From: Podarcis muralis
Lineage: Eukaryota
DNA: 64,000 nucleotides
Direction of reading: 5' to 3'
Assembly: GCF_964188315.1 (NCBI RefSeq)
Contig: NC_135668.1
Location: 55,428,001-55,492,000, forward strand
A program made the translations under genes and the position numbers. This document shows, piece after piece, positions 37,401 through 49,900 of the stretch. Below the pieces are notes generated by a model, which searched no databases, was not told the DNA's origin, and saw nothing but the letters and a program-made list of their open reading frames with translations. Every line of letters starts with the position of its first letter. The stretch's first letter is position 1.

Positions 37401-39583
37401 GTGTTCTCTGCCTGCTCCCCACCTGCCACAGCTTGCGGAGTCATGGAAGATTTGCCTCTCCCTCCATCCCCAGAGTTTTAGGGGTGAGAGCCAGAAACAC
37501 CTAATCAAATTCTGCTGCTCCAAGATATCATAGTGGGCTTCTCACTTTTCAACAGAGATAACCGTTTTCTGGACAATAGCCATACGAGAAATATGTAAAA
37601 TAACTAAGCAAGTATTAGACATCACCCCAGAATTGGCCCTACTAAACATCTTCCAAGACAACAATGCCCATTTACACCACGAAGAACTCATAACCTACAC
37701 ACTTTCAGCAGCCAGAAACACCATAACCAGACACTGGAGAGAGCTGTCAGGAGTAAGCATGGACTAATGGTACCAATTAGTATGTGAAACAGCCCTACTA
37801 GAAAAATTAACCAATAAACTGAAACTGACACGGGGACAAACAAAAGAAGACGCCTTCACCCTGGTATGGCTCCCCTTTATCACATACACAGCCCAACAAG
37901 ACAATGACAATAATCCACCAACAGCATACAAATCAATATGGCTAACCTGATCCAAAACACCCACCCACCCCACTCACACACGAAAACAAAGATCACCACA
38001 GCCAATCACAAACAAACAATCACACCCTAGGCCAACCCCAACCTCTCTCACCACCAAAGGAACACAAGTGAACAACACAAGCAACGCTGACACCAAACTC
38101 TACATACATTAAGCATAATAGAAACATCGCCACCCGACCCCACCCCCATCCATCTTCCCTCCCTCCACCCCCTTTCTTCCACCCCATTTTCTTTCTTTCT
38201 TCTCCCCCTAATATCTCAACAAATGAAACGGATTTGTAAAAATGTTACATGGGGGAAAAAATAGACGAGGCATTACACTTACTTCTGTAAAACAAGAAAA
38301 TCTTTAATAAAATATATATTAAAAAACAACAGAGATGACCGTTTGCTCTTTCAATGGCACCATATTAACAATCGTCAATACTTTGCTTCCTAAATTCATG
38401 GTGATTTGATTGATACCACCTATATGGTTTATGAATAAAAAATACCCATTGCATTTTACTGGTTTCCACTTATCTCTTTTTTACTGGTTTCCACTTGTTT
38501 CCAAATAATTAATGGCTTAGAATTGTGTTTTGGGAGCAGAAACAATATTTCTTTCAAAGGAAATTTGAAAGGCCATTGGAGAGGGAGGAATTGATTTCAT
38601 TACAAAGAATGAAACAAGCCAGAAGAAAAAGGTTGCCTTGTTTGTTTGAACTCATATATCAATAATTTGATTTTTTAAAAGATACAGATCATTGTTTCAG
38701 ATGCCAAGAAGGTCAATTTCCAAACAAGGGCAGAGATCAATGCATTCCCAAGAGACAAAATTTTCTTTCCTACGCAGAGCCTTTGGGATTCACATTAGCT
38801 GCCTTGGCTCTGCTCTTTGCTCTGGTCACAGCCTTGGTCCTTGGCGTCTTCTCTAAGAACGGGGACACTCCCATTGTCAAAGCCAACAACCGGGACCTCA
38901 CCTACACTCTGCTCCTTGCCCTCTTGCTCTGCTTCCTCTGCTCCTTGCTCTTCATTGGCCAGCCTCACCCAGTGAGCTGCTCTTTACGACAAACGGCCTT
39001 TGGCATCATCTTCTCCATTGCGGTGTCTTGTGTCTTGGCCAAAACCATCACGGTGGTTCTGGCCTTCATGGCCACCAAACCAGGATCCAGGATGAGGAAA
39101 TGGGTGGGGAAATCTCTGGCCAACTCTGTTCTTCTGGGTTGCTGCTCACTTCAAGCCAGTATTTGTGCTCTTTGGCTCTGTACGGCTCCTCCCTTCCCAG
39201 ATGTGGACATGAACTCTCTGGCGGAAGAAATCATCCTGGAATGCAATGAAGGCTCTGCCCCCATGTTTTATTGTGTCCTGGGGTACCTGGGATTCCTGGC
39301 CATTGTCAGCTTCACCATGGCTTTCCTGGCCAGGAAGTTGCCAGACAGTTTCAACGAAGCCAAGTTCATCACTTTCAGCATGTTGGTGTTCTGCAGCGTT
39401 TGGCTGTCCTTTGTTCCCTCTTATCTGAGCTCCAAAGGAAAGCAGATGGTGGCTGTGGAGATCTTCTGCATCTTGGCCTCCAGTGCAGGCTTGCTCGCTT
39501 GCATCTTCTTCCCCAAATTGTACATAATCCTTCTGAGGCCCGACTTGAACAGCAAAGACCACTTGATTCTGAGGAGCAAATAA
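28487..39583 (+). CDS. V2R: Vomeronasal type-2 receptor paralog 3, apparently intact, 882 aa
   Basis: join(28487..28719,30290..30581,33197..34063,35626..35853,37063..37189,38682..39583) = 2649 nt; GT-AG introns. The exon-6 acceptor may instead be at 38688 (in frame). Confidence 0.9.
29355..30103 (-). mobile_element. Bov-B (RTE) LINE, 5'-truncated
   Basis: [12 protein letters not shown]...[15 protein letters not shown] and RVPWTAR motifs, (CAA)n tail, TSD TTTAGAT; empty site at about 17416-17425 in paralog 2. Confidence 0.92.
31459..31814 (+). mobile_element. Full-length Sauria SINE
   Basis: gggatgcgggtggtgctgtgggttaaacc head, (tttacc)n tail, 13-bp TSD TTATGGTGAGATC (31446-31458 and 31815-31827); empty site at about 18794-18806 in paralog 2. 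Confidence 0.9.
36485..36744 (-). mobile_element. Full-length tRNA-headed SINE with (CTT/CCT)n tail
   Basis: The reverse complement starts gccagtgtggtgtagtggttaagag and ends atcaaatccaaactcctcc...cttcttc. Confidence 0.8.
37568..38326 (+). mobile_element. 5'-truncated L1 3' end in V2R-3 intron 5
   Basis: ORF2 C-terminal remnant ([12 protein letters not shown]), A-rich tail, 18-bp TSD CAACAGAGAT(A/G)ACCGTTT (37550-37567 and 38327-38344); empty site in paralogs 1, 2 and the inverted paralog. Confidence 0.85.
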
Positions 39584-41036
39584 GAGCCAACTTGCATTGA
39601 TGCCTTTAATTGTTGCATTATTAGAAAATGCAGGCATTTATTGGAATACTGGCCAAGGAAATCCTTTGTGTGTCCCAATTCTTATCTTTTTCATACTCAG
39701 TTTCTTCACCCCTCTTTTGTCACTGCGTTTTTCACAATCTGTGCTTAAAGTGGTTCGCACAAAATAAGTCTAAACTCTGATTTTCCAGGGACAGTTCCAT
39801 AATTCCAAAAGGCTTCTGATTTGATCCTGGATTGTCCCTATTTCCCAAGCCAGTTCTGCCAGCACCAGCACGGGGAGGAGGGTGAGCCAGGGCTTGTCGT
39901 GAGTGGTGGCAACAGTGGAGGTGGCCAGGAAGCCTCCTCTTGCCTCTCCATGGCTGCCGCTGCTGGCCTCCTCCCTTGGGCAGCTCATAGCAGCTGCTGA
40001 GGAGCAGGCGGGGAGGAGAGGCTGTCGCTGCCCAGGCCAACCCCACAAGACGCACTGACTTTGAGGGGCAAGTAGAAGGCAGGGCTCCCCTGGGTGGGGA
40101 GAAAGGGGAAGGGGAAAGGAGGGGAGCACAAGGAGTCTTGATTTTTTTTAATAACAAAAATGTTTTGTTCATCCGCATCTAATCTTGTCCCTTTCTAACA
40201 TTTCTTTTTGGGTGTGTGCTTTTCTTTTGAGGGTGATAAATCTGGAGACCAGGAAATTTGTATTCTATACCAGCTGACTTCATTTTACATTTATCAATCA
40301 GAGGGACTCTTGCTCCGTATATAAAAAGTGTAAGAACTCCAGATCCTGCAAATATCTCTCTGACATCATGATCCACTGTCCGATTTAGCCAACCACAGCT
40401 ACAACCTCAATTTGACTTATTTAGAACCCTGCACTGTGTACCGAAGCAATGGCCACTACTTTGGGCTGCCATACATCCAGGTTTCCCCAAACTCATCCGG
40501 GAATTGGGCAGCGAAATGGCGTCTGGACTGATTTCTACTGAATTGGCAAAAATACCTAATTGACTTCAACTGACAATTCAGAATATGAGTAGCTAATGAC
40601 TTCACTGTGACTGTGGTTTTACTATGTGTATTTGATGTTTGTTGAAGCAAGGCTTTATGTCTTAAGATTTTATACTTTTATGGCAGGATGCGTGGTTGGT
40701 TTGAGATGAGAAAGCCTGAGTAACAGAATGCAGGCCTGGCCTCTGATGCTGCCTGCAGGATTTGAGATGCCTTTCACTCCTAATTTATTCCCAACATGAA
40801 TTGAGCATTATGAGGATGAGAAAAATCCTGACTAGAAGAATTAGCTTTGGGTCCTATTCCAATCTCTCTGGAAAGCACCAAAATAGAAGTAGGAATGGGG
40901 GTATTTGTGGCACATTGACTGAGTCAAGAACCATGCTGATAGGAGTTTCCCTAAGCAAATACGCATAGCCAAATTCTCTCGAGATCTCCATCATCAGCAT
41001 TTGTCTAGATGCACAATGAAGAGATGGCAGTACTCT

Positions 41037-41546
41037 TTATTTTGCTTTTCTTATGAGCTGCTCCCTGTCGTTCAGCTCAGGCCTCAGCAGAATTATGTAG
41101 CATTTTGGAGAAAAGATGCAACCCAGTAATCCAGCACCGGATGATAAGATGGAGAAGATCTCCACAGCCACCATGTATTTCCCTTTAGTGCTTAGGTAAG
41201 TTGGGACAAATGATGACCAAACACTGCAAAATGCCAACATGCTGAAGGTGATGAACTTGGCTTCATTGAAACTATCTGGCAACCTCCTGGCTAGAAAAGC
41301 CACAAAGAAGCTGACAAAGGCTAGCCAGCTCATATAGCCCAAGACACAGTAAAACATGGTAACTGAACCCTCATTACATTCCAGGATGATTTTCCCTTTC
41401 AATGAATATGTGTCCCTATCTGGGAATGGAGGGGAAGTGCTTAACCACAGAGCACAAATTCCGGTTTGAATGGAGGTGCAGGAAAGGACAAGAGCATTGG
41501 CCGGCCCTTTCCCTACCCATCTTCTCACCCTGAATCTTGGATCCTG
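41037..41546 (-). pseudogene. V2R: Orphan 3' half of a V2R 7TM exon
   Basis: 163-aa ORF from the KPGS-RRWVG loop to the stop. Homology ends at ggatcc (about 41546) after a roughly 7-nt frameshifting insertion. No first half of exon 6 is found between 41546 and 43900. Confidence 0.8.
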
Positions 41547-42289
41547 AAATTGAAGTTGTCATTCTCTTACATCCAACACCAGTTATCAGTCCATAGTATA
41601 CGTGAAAATGTGTGTTAGGGTTATATCAAACATTAACATTTTTAGTTTAAATGCTTTCAAATCAATAGCCACGATTCATTAGGTTAATTAATTTCAGTGA
41701 GTCTAACTTAATGGATACATCTTGGTGTGTGTATTGGATTAGGATGACTCCTGTATCCCAGGCCATATCATGCTGATTTCATGAGATTCAGAATGCTCTG
41801 GGACTCAGAAGGATGCAATTAAACACTAATTATAGCTTTTACCAAACAGAAATACTGAAGATTTAGAGCAAATTGTTTTGGCAGATGCCATTTCCAACTG
41901 GTTGGATGTGAATAAAAAATTACCTTGCTGTTTCTTAATTTTTTAGTTGTTGCAATAGAAATGCAACATATTGGAAACATAAGTGAATTTTGGGAAATAC
42001 AGGCTTGACACCTTAACAACATGTAGCTTCAACCTGGCATCCTTAGTTACCGCAAATAAAACACTTCTTAGTATTATATTATCAGTGTTCTGCATCTATG
42101 ACCTCAGATACAGCTAGAGATGGGAGAGAAATTCATTTCAGTTTGCATTTAAAGGGAACCCACATAATTTGCACTTCGCAAAACAATGAACAAGCGGAAG
42201 AACAAGCAGCCTTTGAAATCTGCCTTTGAGGAGATAGCTATATATCGTATACACAAGGGCAAACTATATGGAATCATAGAATCATATAA

Positions 42290-42960
42290 TTTTTGCATTG
42301 GGAGGTACTCCAAGGGCCATTTAGAGCAATATGGTCAAGCAGCTCTTAATGCCAGAAAGGACTTCTGAATGTTTAGTTGGAACCTGCTTTCTTGTAATTT
42401 GAATCTATCGGTTTGGATCCTACCTACTGAAGCAGCGGAAAACAAGCTTGTTTCATCTTCCTGTTAGATATTTGAAGGTGGTTATCTTTACTTTTCTAAA
42501 GGAAAACATACCTAAGTGCCTCAAATATTCCTCATCAGGCTTGGTTTCCGGAGCAGGAGAAAACAAGCTTGCTCCATCCTCCATGTGACAGCCTTTCAGA
42601 TATTTGAAGATGGCTATCATATCTCCTTTCAGTCTCCTCTTTACTAGGCTAAACATACCCAGCTCCCTCAACTGTCCCTTGTCAGCCTTGGTTTCCAGAC
42701 CCTTTATCATCTTGGTTGCCCTCCTCTGCACACCTTCCAGTTTGCCAATATCCTTCTTCAAGTGTGACACCCAGAACTGGACACAGGACTCTTGGTGGGG
42801 TCTGACCAAGGCAGAAGAGAGCGGGACTATCACTTCCCTTGAATGGGACACTAGACTTCTCTTGATGCAGCCTAGAATTGCATTAGGTGGTGTTGTTGCT
42901 GTTATTTTTGCTGCTGCATCACACTGTTGACTCATGCTAAGCTTGTGGTCTACTAAGAAA
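42290..42960 (-). mobile_element. CR1 LINE fragments
   Basis: MSQQCDAAAK..NAILGCIKRSLVS.SREVIVPL.SALVRPH...LEGVQRRATKMIKGLE. Confidence 0.85.
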
Positions 42961-43872
42961 CTGTATGTAACCAAATGGAGCAAATGTGCTGGACAATTGC
43001 ATTTCTTCATAAAGTTCCCAGGTGAGTTGTAAACATACACTGTCAAAAGTCTAGGCTTAAAGCAATGGGCACCCAAGTGGTGGCTGCAGACACCCAGGGT
43101 GTCACCAGTGTCAACTATGGAGCCCATAAGGGATATTGTTTTTCCAATTCTGATGGTTTATATTGCTATGACATTTGTTTGCATAATGCACAAGAATATC
43201 TAAACTAGTAATTTTGGCATGGATAGGTGTTATTATAATTTCCCTTGTGTGCTGATGACATTTGAAGTTGCATAATGAATGGCAAAAGTTTTCCTTTCTT
43301 TTCTGTTTTGAACTCTACAACAATTATTTTCTTCTTTGAGATATATGTAGTCAGTGGCACTTGATGAGGAAGTTGAAGGCTGCTTTTGTCCAAGAGAGAG
43401 ATTGTTGTTATTACTAAATTTGTTCCCTGCATCACACCCTAAATTCCTGGGGTGCCAACTTGAATAAAATATGGGGGGGGCAGGTAAGCCCCAACCCACG
43501 TAATTGGTCACAAGAAGTGGTACACTCACAGCATTTGAATGGCAATGCCCATTGACCTGGGTGGGGGCCTGGACCCCACAAATATTTTTTGCTCAATCTA
43601 AGTTCTTGGCAGAGCTATGCACAGTTTCTGGTCCTGATTTATAAATCTGGATCAGACTCTATAGGGTCCAAACTGACCCAAACCTGATTTGCCCTGCACT
43701 GCATCCACACCCAGATCATGATCATGATCCAGAAAATAGAGCTCTCTAGTCTGGAGGTGGTCAAGAATAAGAAAACAACACAGAGGAAACTGATGAGACA
43801 CAAATTTATTCAAAGATCAAGATCAGAGGTCAGAGTGAATGATATCCCAGGACTACTCAAGCTCTAAGATAT

Positions 43873-43874
<2 letters not shown>

Positions 43875-43910
<36 letters not shown>
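43875..43910. repeat. (AC)n microsatellite abutting the stop codon of the divergent V2R
   Basis: Direct reading. Confidence 0.95.
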
Positions 43911-43912
<2 letters not shown>

Positions 43913-46900
43913 TTTTCTTCCCCTTATTAGGCTTTCCTTGTTGTTCAGGTCAGACCTCAGCACAATGATGTAGCATTTAGGGGAAAAGATGCAACCCAGT
44001 AACCCAGCAGTGGAGGACAAGATGGAGAAGACCTCCACGGCTACCATGTATTTCCCTTTGGTGCTCAGGTAGGTTGGAACAAAGGTCAGCCAAACACTGC
44101 AGAAAACCAACATGCTAAACGTGATGAATTTGGCCTCGTTAAAACTGTCAGGTAACTTTCTGGCCAGGAAAGCCACAAGGAAACTCACAATGGCCAGAAA
44201 ACCCATATAGCCCAAAGCACAATAAAACATGGCAGCTGAACCCTCATTGCATTCCAGGATGATCTCACTCTTCAGTGACTGCATGTCTGTATCTGGGAAT
44301 GGAGGGGAAGCACTTAGCCAAAGGGTGCAAATGCCAGCTTGAAGGAAAGAGCAGGAAAAGACCACGCAATTGGCCAGCCCCTTCCCCACCCATCTCCTCA
44401 TTCTGGATCCTGGCTTGGTTGCCATGAATGCTAGAACCACGGTGATGGTTTTGGCCAGAATACTGGAAAGGGCCACCGAGAAGACGATGCTGAAAGTCAT
44501 TTGTCGGAAGAGGCAGGTCCCTTTTCCAGGCTGACCAATGAAGAGCAAGGAGCAGAGGAAGCAGAGAAGGAGGGAGATGAGGAGGAGGTAGGTGAGGCTG
44601 CGGTTGTTGGCTTTGACGATGGGAGTGTCCTTGTGCTTTACAAAAGTCACCAGCACGAAGGTGGTGATCAGGGAGAAAGCCAGAGCGGAGACAGCTAAGC
44701 TGAGCCCTAACTTTTCTTGGTAGGAGAGGTAGCTCAGCCCCCTTGGAATACACCCTGTTTGGTCTTTGTTTGGGTAGTTTTCTTCTGTGCACTTGACACA
44801 GGCGTCCATATCTGGAAGGTGGAGGGGGAGAAGATGGAACAATTAAAAATGTCAAGAATATAACCTACATCTACCTGAAAGAATCAGTTACGGCAGGCAG
44901 TGAAAGTGTTCTTGAAATTGTTTGACAAACTGCAAGAGATTGGACACCCATAATTTCAGGGAGAGGGTTTGAATGTTGCTGAGCTTGGTCTAGTACATGC
45001 ATATCCTCTAACATTTCTTCGATGAAAATAGGGATGTCCAGTTACATAAACATATTTTTATTATTTATACTTTGCCCTGCTGCTCTGGGTAGCTTCCAAC
45101 AGATATAAAAACATAATAGAACATTAAGCATTCAGAAAACATACAGGGTTGCCTTCAGATGGCTCAGGGGTCAGATTATTTTATAGCCGCTAACATTTCC
45201 CCAATCAAGCTAGGGAATTCCTAAGGAAAAGCAAGGCATTCTGGGATCAAATCAGAAACCAGGATGGCTTCTGTAAAACCAGGACTGTCCCTGGAAAATA
45301 AGGACACTTGGAGGGTCTAGTAGATGCAGATCTCATCTAAAACCAAGAATGCACTAGGAAGTTCCCTTATTCCCATAGTATATTCGTATCTGCTTGTTGT
45401 TATTGAAAATCTTCATAAATTAATTACAAAATAAAATGTATTCCAAAAGGGAAAAGAAAAGTTTGGTGACAATTTTGTGCTTGCTGTGCAGGGCTTCCTT
45501 TATTAGTAGTAGTAGTAGTAGTAGCAGCAGCAATAATCATAATAATAACAACAATAATTTTATTCTTATATCGCCCATCTGGCTGGGTTTCCACAGTCAC
45601 TCTGGGTGGCTTAGACCCTATATAAAAACACAACAAAACATCAAACATTAAAAAAGAGAATATCCTATACACACAACAAACAAACCAATAAATCAATAAT
45701 AACTATAATAACAGTTTAGTTATACCCACATTAAAATGACAACCAACCCCAACTAAAGATCTAACCAACCCCAACCCCAACTTGACAAAAGCAAAACAGA
45801 GGAACCAAAATTAGAACCGTTTAAAACATTGTAAAACTAGGCTTGCCCTATTCTTTTTTGTTGAAGTTGTTGATCCTCTGAGGAGCCTTTCAGGGCTCCC
45901 TAGGATAGCTGGACATGGACCTTGCAGAAGGGAGCACTTTTCCTTCCAGCCTCTTGGCAGCACTGACTTCCCTCTCTTGTTCATGGGAGCTTTGATGTTT
46001 GCCTTCCTTCTACAACCTTTCCCATGCAGCCATGCTTCCGGAAAACATCATGACACCCTCAGATGGGTTTGTTTGAGATAGCCTTTCATTCGCCAGGCAA
46101 CTGTTCATTTTGTTCAAATATTTTTTGCATTCAAAGAAAGCAGAGGTGAAATATATATTTGAAGGAAATGGGAAGAAGAGGGCTGTGATGTATTCAGTTC
46201 TCTGTGTTTGCCTGAGCTTGAGCCCCTGTGTTCTGATTCGATACTTGATGTCCAATCGCAGAACGTTTCAGGATTTGGGCTACTGCCATTGGCCCTTAAA
46301 CTCAAAGTTATGATGCGCAGCTTGGGAGTTTAGACAGCCAATTACATTGAGAGTGGGAGTGGCCTAGCTCTTCAGAAATGTATACAAGCAGTTGCTTTGC
46401 CCCTGTTGGCCAGTTCTGTTAGTTCAATAAAGGTTCTTGCTGCTATCACTGTGTCTCACTTCGTGGGAACCCAGCTACACTTCAAGGGCCTCCTAGCCAC
46501 CTGAATCTATTTATGGCCTGAGGTCTCTGAATACAGAGACTGACAAAGGTTCAGTAAAGGGCTTTTCTTTAGGTGCGGAACTCCCAGAGAATGGATTCCA
46601 CTTTTCCATTTTTAAAATATTCATCTGATTGATCACATGGCTGATGTGTGTGATTTATACCCCTTAATAGTCTGTTTTAAATTAAAAATATATTGTTATT
46701 TAATCCTGCCTTTCTTCCAATTATCTCAATGCAGCATATATCATTCCCCTCATTAGATCTTCACAATAATCCTGCTTGGTAAAATAGTGACTGGCATAAG
46801 GTCAAAATGTCCTTGTTTTTTTTAAAACAAAATTTTAAAAATAAAGTTTTCTTTAACATATATGTTGCAGAATGCATTCAAGGGGACATACATTTTCCAA

Positions 46901-49900
46901 AGAAAGGAGGAGTGAGTATATTATGCTAAGTGAGTGTCTTGATATCTCTGTCCAAGTTGCCTCTTACCCTTCTGATTTGAGATCGTCCCTTCTGGACATG
47001 GAAAACAATCATAGCAGCAGAATTTCTCTCCCTCCTTCTTTTTCCTGCTGGAGCCAGGATAGCAGTTGTCATTGCACACAGAAACTGGCAGCCCCTGCAC
47101 AGAAACACGCACCGGAGCTTAGTAGGAATATATGAACCCTCATGATGAGGAGAGTGTGCATGGGCCAGCTGGGGCTGTGGACCCTAAATCAGCGTTTCTC
47201 AACCAGGGGCCATATAGCCCCCTGGAGGCCCCCAGGATATTCCAAAGGGGCCACAGGTGAAAACCGCATAAATAGGGGGCCATGACAAGAAACTAGGGGG
47301 GCAGGTTTCAGTCGTGTAAATTATTTACTCTGCCTAACGTGGAGTGGATTACTGTCATCATGCCCGGAATATGGAAATATGAAACAGAGATAAAGTAATT
47401 AAACAAGAAAAGAGATAATGCGGGATTTGACCAAAACAAATTCTGGAAAAAGGAAGAAATTTTCAAAAGTGTTGAAACTTGTTTGCCTCTCTGTCATTCA
47501 ATCGCCATTCACCAGATGTTGGCAGATTATACTACACCTCCCATCATCCTTGATCATTGGCTAACATGCCTGATGGTGATGGGAGTCATAGTCCAACAAC
47601 ATTAGGGGACCCAACATTGATATTATTTTTTTTACAATATCTGGGATGGATCTACACTCATGATTTATAAGATTAAGAAAGGGTTAAGGAAAGATTTTCA
47701 AAACATAAGAGCCACATTGTTGTTGTTTAGTCGTTTAGTCGTGTCCGACTCTTCGTGACCCCATGGACCAGAGCACGCCAGGCACTCCTGTCTTCCACCG
47801 CCTCCCGCAGTTTGGTCAGGCTCATGTTTGTAGCTTCGAGAACACTATCCAACCATCTCATCCTCTGTCGTCCCCTTCTCCTTGTGCCCTCCATCTTTCC
47901 CAACATCAGGGTCTTTTCCAGGGAGTCTTCTCTTCTCATGAGGTGGCCAAAGTATTGAAGCCTCAACTTCACGATCTGTCCTTCCAGTGAGCACTCAGGT
48001 CTGATTTCCTTAAGAATGGATGCGTTTGATCTTCTTGCAGTCCATGGGACTCTCAAGAGTCTCCTCCAGCACCATAATTCAAAAGCATCAATTCTTCTGC
48101 GATCAGCCTTCTTTATGGTCCAGCTCTCACTTCCATACATCACTACTGGGAAAACCATGGCTTTAACTATACGGACCTTTGTTGGTAAGGTGATGTCTCT
48201 ACTTTTTAAGATGTTGTCTAGATTTGCCATCGCCTTTCTCCCAAGGAGCAGGCGTCTTTTAATTTCGTGACTGCTGTCACCAAGAGCCACATTACGTTTA
48301 GCTTAGAACGTTGATCATGCATTATTAAAGTGGGACACCAGAGGGTGCTGCAGAGCAACCAGGAACCAGGCAGTGAGGGGAACAGCTGTTTTGTAAGTAA
48401 TTAACTTTTTTAAAGCAATTATGTTTTAGAACGATATAGTTAAAATCATTCTAATGACATTAAAAAGGTCAGTGTACATCCAGCTCTGGTCTCACACTGC
48501 TACATCTCACCTGATTAAAGCTTTTATGCCACACAATCTGATCATCATAAATGGTTAACTCTTTGCCGAAAGGAGCCTGAGGGTTCAGTTTTCCAACTTT
48601 GGCTCTAATCACTGAACCATTGGGGTAAATCCTCCAGTTTGTAACATCGAAACCTACAACTAATTCTGCATTTTCATTAAAGTATACAGTATCTCCAGCA
48701 CTGTTGTTGAATATGATGCTCCGTAGAAATTGATGGACCTGGATTTAAGACAGAACAGTCTATGGTAGAAAATCTTAAATTCACTGGAGATTTAAACACC
48801 CATTGGATAGAGAATTTACTTTTTTCTCAGAGCCAAATTGATCTGTGGGAAGAATCAACTCGGTATGGATATCCAATCAGTATGGATATCTAATGAACTA
48901 ACATTAAGAACTAAAAAAGTGGAACTACAACCTAGGACACTCTTGGAGTATAATTCATTACTGCTGGAATTAAGAATAGAAGAAAACTCACCTTTCAGAT
49001 GGAGACTAAACAAAAGCTTATTAGACAATAAAAATTACCTTGCAGAAAGCAGTGGAAAACCCTGAGAGATTATTTTGAACTAAATTTGAAGCAATGTATG
49101 GATATAAATGTGGTTTGGGGCACAATTAAAGCTGTAATGAGAGGTTTTTTTATACAACAAAATACTCTGCAAAAAAAAGAGAGAGAAGAGAGAAGAAAAA
49201 GAAAGAGTTACTGGATTAACTAATTAAACACAAAAAACAAATAATTAAAAAACCAGGAAATGAATCAACAAAACAGAATATAGAGATGTTACAAACCTAA
49301 TTTTCAATGTTGGTAAATCAAGAAATTGAATGGAAAATAAAATTGATAAAACACAAATTTCGAGTTTGCAAACAAATGAGGAAAATTGCTAGCATAGCAG
49401 TTTTTTTTAAAAAAAGCAAGGAAGTTGGATTGGAAAATGAAGATAAAATTGATCCATATTTAAAGTAGAATGTCCTACAAAAGATTCCAAAAGAAAAGAT
49501 AAATCTTTTAAATGCACAAATAATGATGATGGAACTGCAACAAGCAACAGGACAAGCTAAAACAGAGAAATTGCCACAACCAGATGGACTTTCAGCTAAA
49601 TATTACAAAAAACTGCAAGATCAGTTGGCACAACCATTGAAAGATGTAATGAATAAGATAATGAATTTGAGTCAATTGCCAGATTCTTGCTCATATTACA
49701 TTATTTCCGAAACAGGTTTCAGATTTACTTTTAGTTAAAAATTACAGGCCGATCTCACTATTGAATAATGACTACAAATTATTTGCTGATATTTTGGCAA
49801 ACTGTTTGAAAACAATATTAAAAGAAACAATCCACCAAGATCAAGCTGGCTTCCTACCTGGCTGCCAGATGAAAGATAATACAAGGAATATAATAGACAT

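Noticed and set aside
39770-40180. 148-aa and 119-aa minus-strand ORFs
   Set aside because: Low-complexity sequence overlapping a probable hAT-derived repeat (related sequence at about 45230-45320), with no protein motif.
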